From the NCBI GenBank assembly GCA_964560135.1, contig CAZLKN010000003.1:51050-115049 (forward strand): a DNA stretch of 64,000 nt. The letters are read 5' to 3'. Under the pieces are notes generated by a model. The model searched no databases, had not been told where the DNA came from, and saw only the letters and a program-made list of their open reading frames with translations. Positions 35,104 through 47,415 of this stretch are shown in pieces; the stretch's first letter is position 1; every line of letters begins with the position of its first letter. A program made the translations under genes and the position numbers. The stretch is from an uncultured Actinomycetes bacterium (GTDB lineage: Bacteria; Actinomycetota; JAICYB01).

Positions 35104-36225
35104 TCACCCCTCGGGGGTGGGGGTCGGCGACGGCGTTGGGGTGGGGGTCGGGCTCGGGGTCGGGGACGGCGTGGGGCTCGGGGTCGGGGTGGGATCCGGG
35201 GTCGGTGGCGCGAGCGGATCCAGCCGCGTGGCACGGGAGGCGATCATGACCAACGCCACCGGACGCTGAACCTCCTTGGCCACGGCTTCCTGCACGTCCT
35301 CGACCTCTCGATGGGTTGGTTCCCGGGACGCACGGATCGAAACGAGCAGGTGCAGGACCCCGTCCTGCTCCTCCAGCTCCACCTCCAGGAGCCGGCCGTC
35401 CGGGAACCGTCGCACCTCCTCGGTCACCGCGTCCCGCACCGCGCGCTGGAAGCGGGTCTCGTTGACGAACCGCAGGGACAGGATGGCCAGCGGGATCGTC
35501 ACGACGAGCACGAACACGGCCGACACGTACAGCTCGCGATGGGTCCCGGTGAGGTACACGGGGCGGAAGCCGAGGAAGACGTACACGAGGATCCCGGCGA
35601 ACCAGATGGCAGCGAAGTTCGTGATGTACAGCAGCAGCGCTCCCACCCAGACGTCGGGCCGGAGGATCGCGATCCCGATCCCGACGGTGCACAGCGGCGG
35701 CATCAGCGCGACCGCGATGGCCACACCCGGGAGCGTCGGAGAGATGGAGGGCTGGGCCATGGCATAGGCCCCCGCGGCGCCGCCGGCGAGCGCGATCGCC
35801 AGGTCGAACGGGCTCGGGCGGGTCCGGAGCAGCACCTCCTGCGGCAGGTCGCCGACGAAGGCTCCGAACGGGAGTTCCGCGGCGAACCACGCCAGCGTCG
35901 TCGCCAGGGCGATGGGAACGATCGACCCGTTCACGCCGGCGACCAGCGCCCGCTGGAAGATGTCGCGACGGCCGGCCACCGACGCCAGCGACAGGCCGAA
36001 CAAAGGGGACATGAGCGGAGCGACGAGCATCGCGCCGACCACGACCGCGGCGGAGTCGGTGATCAGCCCGAACGTGGCCATCGTGGCCGACAGGATGGTC
36101 ATGAGGAAGAAGTCGAACCCCGGAGACGAGGTACGCCGGACCTCCTCGGTCACCTCTTTCCGGCGGTCATCACTGAGCTGCTTGAAGTGATCCGGTACGC
36201 GGATGTCAGGTTCTCCTCTCAGCAC
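35104..36225 (-). CDS. DUF389-family membrane protein with C-terminal Pro-Thr/Pro-Ser repeat tail
   Basis: FFLMTILSATMATFGLITDSAAVVVGAMLVAPLMSPL matches DUF389/TIGR00341. The C-terminus is PTPDPTPTPSPTPSPTPSPTPTPTPSPTPTPEG, encoded by a tandem GGGGTCGG-type repeat at 35105..35200. The start is uncertain; GTG 36225 was chosen. Confidence 0.6.
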   Translation of the reverse strand: MLRGEPDIRVPDHFKQLSDDRRKEVTEEVRRTSSPGFDFFLMTILSATMATFGLITDSAAVVVGAMLVAPLMSPLFGLSLASVAGRRDIFQRALVAGVNGSIVPIALATTLAWFAAELPFGAFVGDLPQEVLLRTRPSPFDLAIALAGGAAGAYAMAQPSISPTLPGVAIAVALMPPLCTVGIGIAILRPDVWVGALLLYITNFAAIWFAGILVYVFLGFRPVYLTGTHRELYVSAVFVLVVTIPLAILSLRFVNETRFQRAVRDAVTEEVRRFPDGRLLEVELEEQDGVLHLLVSIRASREPTHREVEDVQEAVAKEVQRPVALVMIASRATRLDPLAPPTPDPTPTPSPTPSPTPSPTPTPTPSPTPTPEG

Positions 36226-36248
36226 TCGGACGGCCCGAGCGCGGGATC

Positions 36249-36833
36249 CTACACGGTCACGGGGACCAGCGCGATCTCCGCCCCCTCCTGATCCGAGTAG
36301 CGCACGTTCACCGCGCGGTGCGATCCCTCCCGGACGAGCAGATAGGCCGCCTCGCCGGTGATCTCCATCCCGGTCCGCTCGCCGTCCTCCCACTCCACCT
36401 CGACGGCGACGATCCGGTCGTCGCCCACCTTCCCGTACACCGCGGACCACGGCGGCTGCCCGGGCCCCCCCACGGAGGAACCGACGAGCAGCGCGCCAAC
36501 GGCCACATCAGTGAGGTCCACCTCGTTGGTCCGGCTGCCCGCGACCCGCCAGCCGCGGCCCATGTCGATCGCGAATGCGAGGCTGAGGAACCGGCGTTCG
36601 GCGGCGTCGTCGAAGGACACGAGCAGGAGGCGTCCCTCCCCCCAGACCTGGTCGGCCACGATCCGGGCGGAGTCCGCAGCGACGCGATCCTCGAGGTCGG
36701 CCATCACGGCCAGGGCGGGGGTGGACTTCCCTGGAGGCTGCACGACCGCCACGAGCGCCGCAGCCAGGCCGATCAGCGCAGCGGCGACGGCCGGCGCCCA
36801 GAATTTGAGGGTCGCTGCTCGGGTGGCGTGCAT
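36249..36833 (-). CDS. Hypothetical membrane-anchored/secreted protein
   Basis: N-terminal signal-anchor MHATRAATLKFWAPAVAAALIGLAAALVAVV. No recognisable domain. Confidence 0.45.
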   Translation of the reverse strand: MHATRAATLKFWAPAVAAALIGLAAALVAVVQPPGKSTPALAVMADLEDRVAADSARIVADQVWGEGRLLLVSFDDAAERRFLSLAFAIDMGRGWRVAGSRTNEVDLTDVAVGALLVGSSVGGPGQPPWSAVYGKVGDDRIVAVEVEWEDGERTGMEITGEAAYLLVREGSHRAVNVRYSDQEGAEIALVPVTV

Positions 36834-36895
36834 CCGGCGAGGATAGCGCGTCCGATCCCGTGGGCGTCCGTGGCGGGCGGTAGGTTCGTCCCACC

Positions 36896-37567
36896 ATGCG
36901 TGTCCTCGCCCAGCTCCTGGCTCCCACGCGCTGCGCCGCCTGCGGCCGTGATGCGGACGGCGATCTGTGCGCCTCCTGCGCGCACGAGCTCGTTCCACTC
37001 GTGGCCCCCCTGTGTGCGCGCTGCGGGTCCGGGGGCACGTCGTGTGGCTCGTGCCGCGCGCTGGAGGCGGTCGGCCGGGCCCGGAGCCTCGTGCTCTACG
37101 GGGGCCCGGCGTCCCGCCTCACGCTGGCGTTGAAGCGGCGCGGGCGGCGGGGTCTGGCCCGCGAGATGGGGAACCTGCTGGCGGATCTCGCCCGCGCACA
37201 CGATCTGGCGGTCGACGGGGTCGTCGCGCACGTGCCGGCTGGACAGGGGGCCCGGAGGCGGGGGTTCGACCACGCGGAGCTGCTGGCCGGGGCCGTCGCC
37301 ACGGCTCTCGGTGTCCGCCACCTGCCTCTGCTGGCCCGGGCGGCGGAAGGACCACGCCAGGCGGATGTGCCTCTCGCGATGCGCAGGGCCAACGCCGCCC
37401 GCCGGTTCCGGGCCCGACCCTGGACCGGACGGGTGCTTCTCGTCGACGATGTCTTCACCACCGGTTCCACCGCCGAGGCGTGTGCGCGGGCGCTCCGCAT
37501 CGCCGGGGCGGAGAAGGTGGACGTGGTCACCTTCGCGCGGACTCCGAGGATCGGCCGCGCGGGGTGA
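36896..37567 (+). CDS. comF: ComF-family protein (double zinc-ribbon plus phosphoribosyltransferase domain)
   Basis: CAACGR...CASC...CARCG...CGSC zinc ribbons and the PRTase motif VLLVDDVFTTGST. Syntenic with hpf and secA as in mycobacteria. Confidence 0.8.
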   Translation: MRVLAQLLAPTRCAACGRDADGDLCASCAHELVPLVAPLCARCGSGGTSCGSCRALEAVGRARSLVLYGGPASRLTLALKRRGRRGLAREMGNLLADLARAHDLAVDGVVAHVPAGQGARRRGFDHAELLAGAVATALGVRHLPLLARAAEGPRQADVPLAMRRANAARRFRARPWTGRVLLVDDVFTTGSTAEACARALRIAGAEKVDVVTFARTPRIGRAG

Positions 37568-37615
37568 GCCGGGTCCGTCCGGCGCGGCGGATATACTCAC
37601 AGGGTGAACCTCATC

Positions 37616-38146
37616 ATGAAGAGCCGAGGAACGGAGCTGAACGACCGGCTCCGTGACTATGCGACGGAGAAGTTCACCAAGGTCCAGCGCTTCTTCGAGC
37701 GCATCATCAAGATGGAGGTCGAGCTCTCCGAGGAGCGTAACCCGCGGGTGAAGGACGGCCACAAGGTCGAGGTGACCGTCAAGACCCCCGGGGACACATT
37801 GCGCGCGAGCGGCGCGGGGGCCGACTTCTTCACGGCGATCGACCAGGCGGCCGACCGCCTCGAGATCCAGGTCAAGAAGGCCAAGGACCGGCTGAACCGC
37901 CGGGGACACCACCCTGAGCCTCCGCCCCCGGCGGTGGATGTCGGGGAGCAGGTCGACCCCGACGGTGGTCCGGTCATCGTGCCCGTGCCCATGCAACTCG
38001 CCAAACCCATGACGCCCGAAGAAGCCGTGATGGAGCTCGAGGAGCGCGGCATGCAGTTCATGATGTTCACCAACGCGGAAACCATGGCCGTGGGCGTGAT
38101 CTACCGTCGTGGTGACGGTGCCTACGGACTGATCGAGAACCGCTAG
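37616..38146 (+). CDS. hpf: Ribosome hibernation-promoting factor (long HPF/RaiA)
   Basis: MKSRGTELNDRLRDYATEKFTKVQRFF N-terminal S30AE domain and the C-terminal dimerisation domain (MTPEEAVMELEERGMQFMMFTN...VIYRRGDGAYGLIE). TATACT -10-like hexamer at 37591-37596. Confidence 0.85.
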   Translation: MKSRGTELNDRLRDYATEKFTKVQRFFERIIKMEVELSEERNPRVKDGHKVEVTVKTPGDTLRASGAGADFFTAIDQAADRLEIQVKKAKDRLNRRGHHPEPPPPAVDVGEQVDPDGGPVIVPVPMQLAKPMTPEEAVMELEERGMQFMMFTNAETMAVGVIYRRGDGAYGLIENR

Positions 38147-38158
38147 CGGGGAGGACGC

Positions 38159-38896
38159 GTGGGAGCGGGAACCGGTGATGTCTCCGATCGCGAGGGAGTG
38201 GACGTGGGTCAGGACGAGGCGACAGGCGAAGGCTACAGCGACCAGGTCATCCGCGTCCTGATCGCAGACGACCATGCGCTGTTCCGGCAGGCGTTGCGCG
38301 CGGTTCTCGACGGCGAACCCGACCTGGATCTCGTCGGCGAGGCCAGCGACGGGGAGGAGGCCATCCGTATGGCCGAGGAGCTCGCGCCGGACGTCGTGCT
38401 GATGGACGTGCGGATGCCCAACATCGCCGGTATCGACGCCGCCCGCAGGCTCAAAGAGTCCCTGCCCTCGACCAAGGTCGTGATGCTCACCGTGTCCGAC
38501 GACGAAGAGGATCTCTTCGACGCCATCAAAGCCGGTGCGTCCGGGTACCTTCTCAAGGAGATCAACCCCGACGAGGTGGCCCGGGCGATCCGGCAGATCC
38601 AGGCCGGCCAGTCGCTGCTCTCGCCGTCGATGGCTTCCAAGCTGCTCACCGAGTTCGCGACGATGACCAAGCAGGCCGAGGAGCGCCCCTTTCACCCTCG
38701 CCTCACCGATCGCGAGATGCAGGTCCTGAAGCTGGTCGCCCAGGGGATGACCAACCGGGAGATCGGCAAGGAGCTGCACATCTCGGAGAACACCGTCAAG
38801 AACCACATCCGCAACATCCTCGAGAAGCTCCATCTCAACTCGCGGATGGAGGCCGTCATCTACGCGGTGCGGGAGAAGCTCCTCGAGATCGAATAG
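38159..38896 (+). CDS. NarL/FixJ-family (LuxR-type) response regulator
   Basis: Receiver domain (VLIADDHALFRQ...VVLMDVRMP) and LuxR HTH (LTDREMQVLKLVAQGMTNREIGKELHISENTVKNHIRNIL). No adjacent kinase. Confidence 0.85.
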   Translation: MGAGTGDVSDREGVDVGQDEATGEGYSDQVIRVLIADDHALFRQALRAVLDGEPDLDLVGEASDGEEAIRMAEELAPDVVLMDVRMPNIAGIDAARRLKESLPSTKVVMLTVSDDEEDLFDAIKAGASGYLLKEINPDEVARAIRQIQAGQSLLSPSMASKLLTEFATMTKQAEERPFHPRLTDREMQVLKLVAQGMTNREIGKELHISENTVKNHIRNILEKLHLNSRMEAVIYAVREKLLEIE

Positions 38897-38979
38897 ATCC
38901 CGGCGCCGCAGCCCCGGCCCTGGTACCCGACGTGGCGCGCCCGGCACGCTACCATTGAGCACCGAACGGGGGAGATGAC

Positions 38980-41742
<2,763 letters not shown>

Positions 41743-41747
41743 CGACG

Positions 41748-42852
41748 ATGGAAGACCGATCACCACTCCTCAAGGAGCTCCTCGGGCGTCTTCGTGAGCT
41801 CGGGGAGTTTCTTTGACCTCCCTGGCGCGGAACACCGACTCGTCGATCTGCGTCGTCAGGCCTCCGAACCCGACCTCTGGAACGACCCCGAGCGGGCCCA
41901 GGCGGTGACGCGCGAGCTCGCCCGCCTCGAGGGCGAGGCCGAGCGGTACGGGGCGTTGGAAGCGCTGTGCGGCGACCTCCTCGCCGCGAACGAGCTGGCC
42001 GTCGAGCACGACGACGACGACCTCGGCGCGGAGGTGGAGGCGGGCATCGAGCGGCTCCAGCGGGAGCTGGCCACCCTCGAGACGCGGACGCTGTTCTCGG
42101 GGGAGCTCGACGACCACGATGCGATCCTCACCATCCACGCGGGGGCCGGAGGAACCGACGCCCAGGACTGGGCGGAGATGCTCCTGCGCATGTACCTGCG
42201 GTGGGGGGAGGCGAACCGCTTCGACGTGAAAGTGCGCGAAGCCCTCGAGGGGGACGAGGCCGGGGTGAAGTCCGCGACGATCGAGATCCGTGGGCCCTAC
42301 GCCTACGGGTGGTCGGGGTCCGAGCACGGCGTCCACCGGCTGGTTCGCCTGTCGCCGTTCGACGCCGCAAACCGGCGCCACACCGCATTCGCCTCGGTGG
42401 ACGTGATCCCGGACCTCGGCGACGAGGTCGAGGTCGAGGTCGATCCCGACGAACTGCGGATCGAGACCTTCCGCGCCGGGGGACCGGGCGGCCAGTACGT
42501 GAACACCACCGACTCGGCGGTGCGCATCACCCACGTCCCCACCGGGATCCAAGCCTCCTGCCAGTCGGAGCGCTCACAGCTCCAGAACCGGACGGTGGCC
42601 ATGAAGCTGATGCGCAGCCGGCTGGCCGAGCTGCAGCGGCTGGAACGGGAGAAGGAGCTCACGGCGCTGCGCGGCGTGCAGCGCGAGATCGGGTTCGGCT
42701 CCCAGATCCGCAGCTACGTGCTCCACCCGTACCAGATGGTCAAGGACCACCGGACCGACGAGGAGACCTCCAACGTGGAGCGGGTGCTCGACGGCGATCT
42801 CGACGATCTGATGACGTCGTACCTTCGGTGGCGGAACCGTGAGCAGCCGTAG
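41748..42852 (+). CDS. prfB: Peptide chain release factor 2, with programmed +1 ribosomal frameshift at CUU UGA C (41811-41817)
   Basis: Frame 0 encodes MEDRSPLLKELLGRLRELGEFL and ends at the in-frame UGA 41814-41816. GGGGAG lies 3 nt upstream of CUU. The +1 frame continues DLPGAEHRLVD... through the GGQ and SPF motifs to 42852. Confidence 0.9.
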
Positions 42853-45052
42853 CGGCGACGGCGAGGACTTCTTCCCGCTCGACGAAGCGGTGGCCCGGCG
42901 GGTGATCTCCGAGGGCGTTCCGGTCGTTCTGGGCCGCAGCGCGGGCAGCGTCCTGACGATCAAGGAGGACGACACCTTCCTGGTGGCCGGCGTCGACGGC
43001 GGCATCACCGAGGGCAACGTCCAGGGCCTCGGGCTGTACCACCGCGACACCCGCTTCCTGTCCGTCTACGAGCTGCAGGTCTCGGGAGCCGACCCGATCC
43101 TGCTGTCGTCGTCGGCGGCGCGCGGCTACCTCGCGCAGGTCGACCTCACCAATCCCGACGTGTGGGAGGGCGACCGGCTGGCCGTGCCGCAACAGACGGT
43201 CAACGTGCGCCGGACGTGGATCCTGGGCGCCGGCCTCCACGAGCGCATCCGGGTCAAGAACTACGCCTCGGTGCCCGTCGAGGTGACCCTGGATCTCGTC
43301 CTCGGGGCCGATTTCGCCGACATCTTCGAGGTACGGGGCCTGCGGCGTACGACCCGCGGGACGGTGGTGCAGCCGAGGCTCACCGACCGCGGCGCCGACC
43401 TCGCCTATCTCGGCCAGGACGATCTGTTCCGGGTCACGCGGGTGACCTTCTCCGAGGACCCGCAGGATGCAGAGCTGAGCGGCGGGCTCGCCCGTTTCCG
43501 CTTCCGCATCCCGCTACGCCCCCAGCAGACCCGGCTGCTCGGCGTCCACATCGAACCCCGGGTCGGTGAGGAGCATCCCCGCGCCGGCGACTTCGACGCC
43601 ACCCTCCACCGGCTGCGCCGGTCCTACGAGGCGTGGGAGGACGCCTGCACGAGGATCCACACCGACAACGAGGTCTTCAACGTCCTGCTCGAGCGTGGAC
43701 GCCGTGACCTGCGCGTCCTGCGGTCGACCACACCGGAGGGGGGCGTGGTCTTCGCCGGGGTCCCCTGGAACGCGGCGATCTTCGGACGCGATGCAGCCAT
43801 CGCCGCCTACGCGGCGCTGTCCCTCGAACCGGGCCTGGCGGCCGACACGCTGCGTCTGCTGGCCCGGCTCCAGGGGCGACGGGACGACCCGTGGCGTGAC
43901 GAACAGCCCGGCAGGATCCTCCACGAGCTCCGCCGTGGTGAGTTGGCGTCGGCGGGAGCGATCCCGCACACGCCCTACTACGGGTCCGCCGACGCGACCC
44001 CGCTGTTCCTGATGCTGGCCGCCGCGTACTTCCGTTGGACGGGCGACCGTGCTCTCATCGAGCAGCTCCGGGGGAACATCGATGCGGCCCTGGACTGGAT
44101 CGACACCCACGGCGACGTCGACGGCGACGGGTTCGTCGAGTACGAGCGCCGCTCGCCGCGGGGCCTCGAGAACCAGGGGTGGAAGGACACGGGGGACGCG
44201 ATCGTGCATCCGGACGGCACCCCGGCCGAGGGGCCGATCGCCGTTGCCGAGGTGCAGGCCTACACGTACATGGCGAAGGCGCGGATGGCCGAGATCATGC
44301 AGATCCTCGGCTCCGACGAGCGGGCCGAGGGTCTCCGCAAGGACGCCCGGCTGCTGCGGGAGCGCTTCAACCGCGACTTCTGGATGCCTCAGGACGGGTA
44401 CTACGCCCTCGCGCTGGACGGGCACAAGGCCCGGGTGGAGACCGTCACCTCCAACCCCGCCCACGGGCTGTACTGCGGGATCGTCGATGCCGACAAGGCG
44501 GCCTCGGTCGCCCGGCGCCTCCTCCAGCCCGACATGTTCTCGGGCTGGGGGGTCAGGACGATGTCCAAGGGGGCGGCGGCCTACAACCCGATGAGCTACC
44601 ACAACGGATCGGTCTGGCCCCACGACAACGCGGTGATCGCGGCGGGCCTGAAGCGCTACGGGTTCCACGACGCCACCGTCCAGGTGGCCGGAGGGATCTT
44701 CGAGACGGCGATGGAGGCCGAATACATGCGGCTGCCGGAGTTGTTCTGCGGGTTCACGCGCCGGCCCCCCAACCCGCCGGTGCTCTACCCGGTGGCGTGC
44801 TCGCCGCAGGCCTGGTCGGCGGCGTCGGTGTTCCTTCTGCTGCAGGCGATGCTGGGCATCTCGGCCCGCGGACACGAGAACCTGCTCACCGTCAACGCGC
44901 CGATGCTGCCCCCGTGGCTCGAATGGGTCGACATCACCGGGATGCGGGTGGGAGCGGGCCGCGTCTCGCTCCGGTTCACCCGCGAGCGCGCACGGACGTC
45001 GTTCACCGTCACGCACCGCGAGGGCGAGGTGCGGGTGGTGATGGAGGAGTAG
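42839..45052 (+). CDS. Amylo-alpha-1,6-glucosidase / GDE-type (alpha/alpha)6 glycoside hydrolase with N-terminal GDE_N-like domain
   Basis: 737 aa. The N-terminal beta-sandwich region and C-terminal six-hairpin catalytic domain (GWKDTGDAIVHPDG..., YHNGSVWPHDN) are typical of the GDE_C/GH63-like clan. The start overlaps the prfB stop by 14 nt. Confidence 0.7.
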   Translation: MSSRSGDGEDFFPLDEAVARRVISEGVPVVLGRSAGSVLTIKEDDTFLVAGVDGGITEGNVQGLGLYHRDTRFLSVYELQVSGADPILLSSSAARGYLAQVDLTNPDVWEGDRLAVPQQTVNVRRTWILGAGLHERIRVKNYASVPVEVTLDLVLGADFADIFEVRGLRRTTRGTVVQPRLTDRGADLAYLGQDDLFRVTRVTFSEDPQDAELSGGLARFRFRIPLRPQQTRLLGVHIEPRVGEEHPRAGDFDATLHRLRRSYEAWEDACTRIHTDNEVFNVLLERGRRDLRVLRSTTPEGGVVFAGVPWNAAIFGRDAAIAAYAALSLEPGLAADTLRLLARLQGRRDDPWRDEQPGRILHELRRGELASAGAIPHTPYYGSADATPLFLMLAAAYFRWTGDRALIEQLRGNIDAALDWIDTHGDVDGDGFVEYERRSPRGLENQGWKDTGDAIVHPDGTPAEGPIAVAEVQAYTYMAKARMAEIMQILGSDERAEGLRKDARLLRERFNRDFWMPQDGYYALALDGHKARVETVTSNPAHGLYCGIVDADKAASVARRLLQPDMFSGWGVRTMSKGAAAYNPMSYHNGSVWPHDNAVIAAGLKRYGFHDATVQVAGGIFETAMEAEYMRLPELFCGFTRRPPNPPVLYPVACSPQAWSAASVFLLLQAMLGISARGHENLLTVNAPMLPPWLEWVDITGMRVGAGRVSLRFTRERARTSFTVTHREGEVRVVMEE

Positions 45053-46359
45053 TGCGCATCGTCGCCCTCGTCGACGGGGAGCACTATCCCCCGGTGGTTC
45101 GTGCCGTGCTGGACGAGATCCGGGCAGGCGGCGTCGAGATCGCGTGCGCCGTCTTCCTCGGCGGGACCGAGAAGGTCGGCGCCGGTGACCTCGAAGAGCT
45201 CTTCGGGGTCGGCGTCGAACGCGGCGAGGACCGCGAGGCCGTCCTCGCCGACGCCCTCGTCCGGCACCGGCCCGGCGCGGTCGTCGACCTCTCCGACGAG
45301 CCGGTGCTCACCGACCGCCAGCGCTTCCGGCTCGCGGCCGTGGCCCTGTACCACGGAGCCGTGTACACGGGGGCCGACTTCGAGCTCCGGCCGCCGCCGC
45401 TTCACCGGGTGCTCACCAAGCCGAGCATCCGGGTGATCGCCACCGGGAAGCGGACGGGCAAGACCGCGGTGGCCGGCGCGCTCGCCCGGCACGCGGTGTC
45501 GCGGGGCCGGCATCCGGTCGTGGTGGCGATGGGACGTGGCGGGCCCGAGGTGCCCGAGGTCGTGGAGGCCGGGACCGACCTGACCCCCCCCGCGCTGCTC
45601 GACCTCGCCGACCGGGGCCGCCACGCCGCCAGCGACTACATCGAGGACGCCGTGACCTCGCGGGTGACCACCATTGGGTGCCGTCGCGTCGGTGGCGGCC
45701 TGGCGGGCGCGCCGTACAGCTCGAACGTGCTCGACGGCGCCGGGATCGCCGAAGCGCGACCGGAGGATCTCGTCGTGCTCGAGGGCTCCGGCTCGGCTGT
45801 GCCCCCGGTGGCCGCGGCGTCCGGCCTCATCTGCATCCCGGCGACCGCCGACCCGTTAACCGTCGGGCTGCACCTCAACCCGTACCGGCTGTTGCTCGCG
45901 GATGTGGCCGTTGTTACGATGGCGGAGGAAACAGGTGCGGCGGACGAGATCGAGGCCGCGATCCGCACGGCGAACACCTCCATCGAGGTGGTCCGTGCGG
46001 TCTTCAGGCCACAACCCCTCGAGACGGTTTCCGGACGTCGCGTCTTCTTCTGCACCACGGCCCCCCGGCGTGTCTCGACCGTTCTGGGGAGGCACCTGGA
46101 GCAGTGGCACGGGTGCGAAGTGGTCGGTGTGAGCCACGGGCTCTCCGACCGGCGCGAGTTGGAGCGTGATCTGCTGGGAGCGGAAGCGTTCGATGTCCTC
46201 CTCACCGAGTTGAAGGCGGGTGCGGTGGACGTGGCTGTTCGGACGGCTTTGGCTGGGGGAAAGGACGTGGTGTTCGCGGACAACGCTCTGGTCGGTGAAG
46301 GCATCGAGGAGGCGTTCGACCGGCTCCTGGAGCTCGCCGACCGGCGGAGCGAGCGTTGA
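45052..46359 (+). CDS. Cyclic 2,3-diphosphoglycerate synthetase-like P-loop protein
   Basis: MRIVALVDGEHYPPV N-terminus and P-loop IATGKRTGKT; about 435 aa, comparable to archaeal cDPGS (roughly 460 aa). The GTG start overlaps the preceding TAG (TAGTG). Tightly linked to a 2-phosphoglycerate kinase homologue. Confidence 0.55.
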   Translation: MRIVALVDGEHYPPVVRAVLDEIRAGGVEIACAVFLGGTEKVGAGDLEELFGVGVERGEDREAVLADALVRHRPGAVVDLSDEPVLTDRQRFRLAAVALYHGAVYTGADFELRPPPLHRVLTKPSIRVIATGKRTGKTAVAGALARHAVSRGRHPVVVAMGRGGPEVPEVVEAGTDLTPPALLDLADRGRHAASDYIEDAVTSRVTTIGCRRVGGGLAGAPYSSNVLDGAGIAEARPEDLVVLEGSGSAVPPVAAASGLICIPATADPLTVGLHLNPYRLLLADVAVVTMAEETGAADEIEAAIRTANTSIEVVRAVFRPQPLETVSGRRVFFCTTAPRRVSTVLGRHLEQWHGCEVVGVSHGLSDRRELERDLLGAEAFDVLLTELKAGAVDVAVRTALAGGKDVVFADNALVGEGIEEAFDRLLELADRRSER

Positions 46360-46390
46360 CCCGAGGTCGATCGAAGGGACAGGAGCACCG

Positions 46391-47389
46391 ATGACCCCGA
46401 AAGACGGGGGTTCCCAGAGCCGAGACCCCGGGAAACAGCACCGGGCACAGCGGCACATCGTCGTCTCGGATCGAGCCGGGCTGCCGTACTCCAAGGGCCT
46501 GATGGCCTCCTCGATCATGGCCACCGGGATCGCGCCCTTCCGCGCCTACGAGGTCGCCGAGCGCATCGAGGAGGAACTGCTCGACGCCAAGCGATACGAG
46601 ATCACCCGCCTGGAGCTCCAGGAGATCGCGACCGACGTGCTGCGGTCGATGACCGGCGAGCGCTACGCGCAGATCTACCGCAAGTGGCAGTCCGTCGAAG
46701 AGCTGGAGGCCCCGTTGATCGTGCTGATCGGCGGCGCCACCGGGGTGGGGAAGTCAACGGTGGCCACCCAGCTCGCCGCCCGGCTCGGGATCACCAGGAT
46801 CATGTCCACCGACGCCATCCGCGAGGTGATGCGCTCCCTGTTCAGCGAGCGCATCATGCCCACCCTGCACGTCTCGTCCTTCGAGGGCGACCAGGGTCTG
46901 CGGGGGCCCGTCCCCCGGACGGCCGACCCGGTGATCGTCGGGTTCGAGGAGCAGGTCCGGGCAGTCTCCGTGGGAACCGAGGCGCTGATCGAGCGCTCGG
47001 TGATGGAGGGAACCGACCTGGTCATCGAGGGAGCGCACCTCGTCCCCGGGTTCATCGGGGGCCCCTGGGCGGACAAAGCGGTGGTCGTCCAGCTCGTGAT
47101 CACCGTCGACGACGAGGAGCTCCACCGGTCCCATTTCTTCCTCCGCGGCCAGGATGCCAAGCACCGCAACGTGGAACGCTACTTGACGTCCTTCGCCAAC
47201 ATCCGCAAAGTTCAGAAGTACATCCGATCGCTGGCCCTGCAACGCGGGGTCCCGATCATCCCCTCGTACAGCCTCGACGCCACCTTGGCGGCGGTCATCG
47301 ACCACATCGTCACCCAAGCCGTCGGCCGGGCCAAGGTCGGGGACGACGTGTCGTCGGGTGCCGATAGGAAAGCGTCCGGCCAGGTGTGA
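46391..47389 (+). CDS. 2-phosphoglycerate kinase-like protein (ATP-cone N-domain plus P-loop kinase)
   Basis: IVVSDRAGLPYSKGLMASSIMATGIAPFRAYEVAERIEEEL (ATP-cone-like) followed by Walker A LIGGATGVGKST. Length and architecture as in COG2074 2PGK. Confidence 0.65.
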   Translation: MTPKDGGSQSRDPGKQHRAQRHIVVSDRAGLPYSKGLMASSIMATGIAPFRAYEVAERIEEELLDAKRYEITRLELQEIATDVLRSMTGERYAQIYRKWQSVEELEAPLIVLIGGATGVGKSTVATQLAARLGITRIMSTDAIREVMRSLFSERIMPTLHVSSFEGDQGLRGPVPRTADPVIVGFEEQVRAVSVGTEALIERSVMEGTDLVIEGAHLVPGFIGGPWADKAVVVQLVITVDDEELHRSHFFLRGQDAKHRNVERYLTSFANIRKVQKYIRSLALQRGVPIIPSYSLDATLAAVIDHIVTQAVGRAKVGDDVSSGADRKASGQV

Positions 47390-47415
47390 CTCGGACGAGA
47401 AGGAGAAGAATCGCC

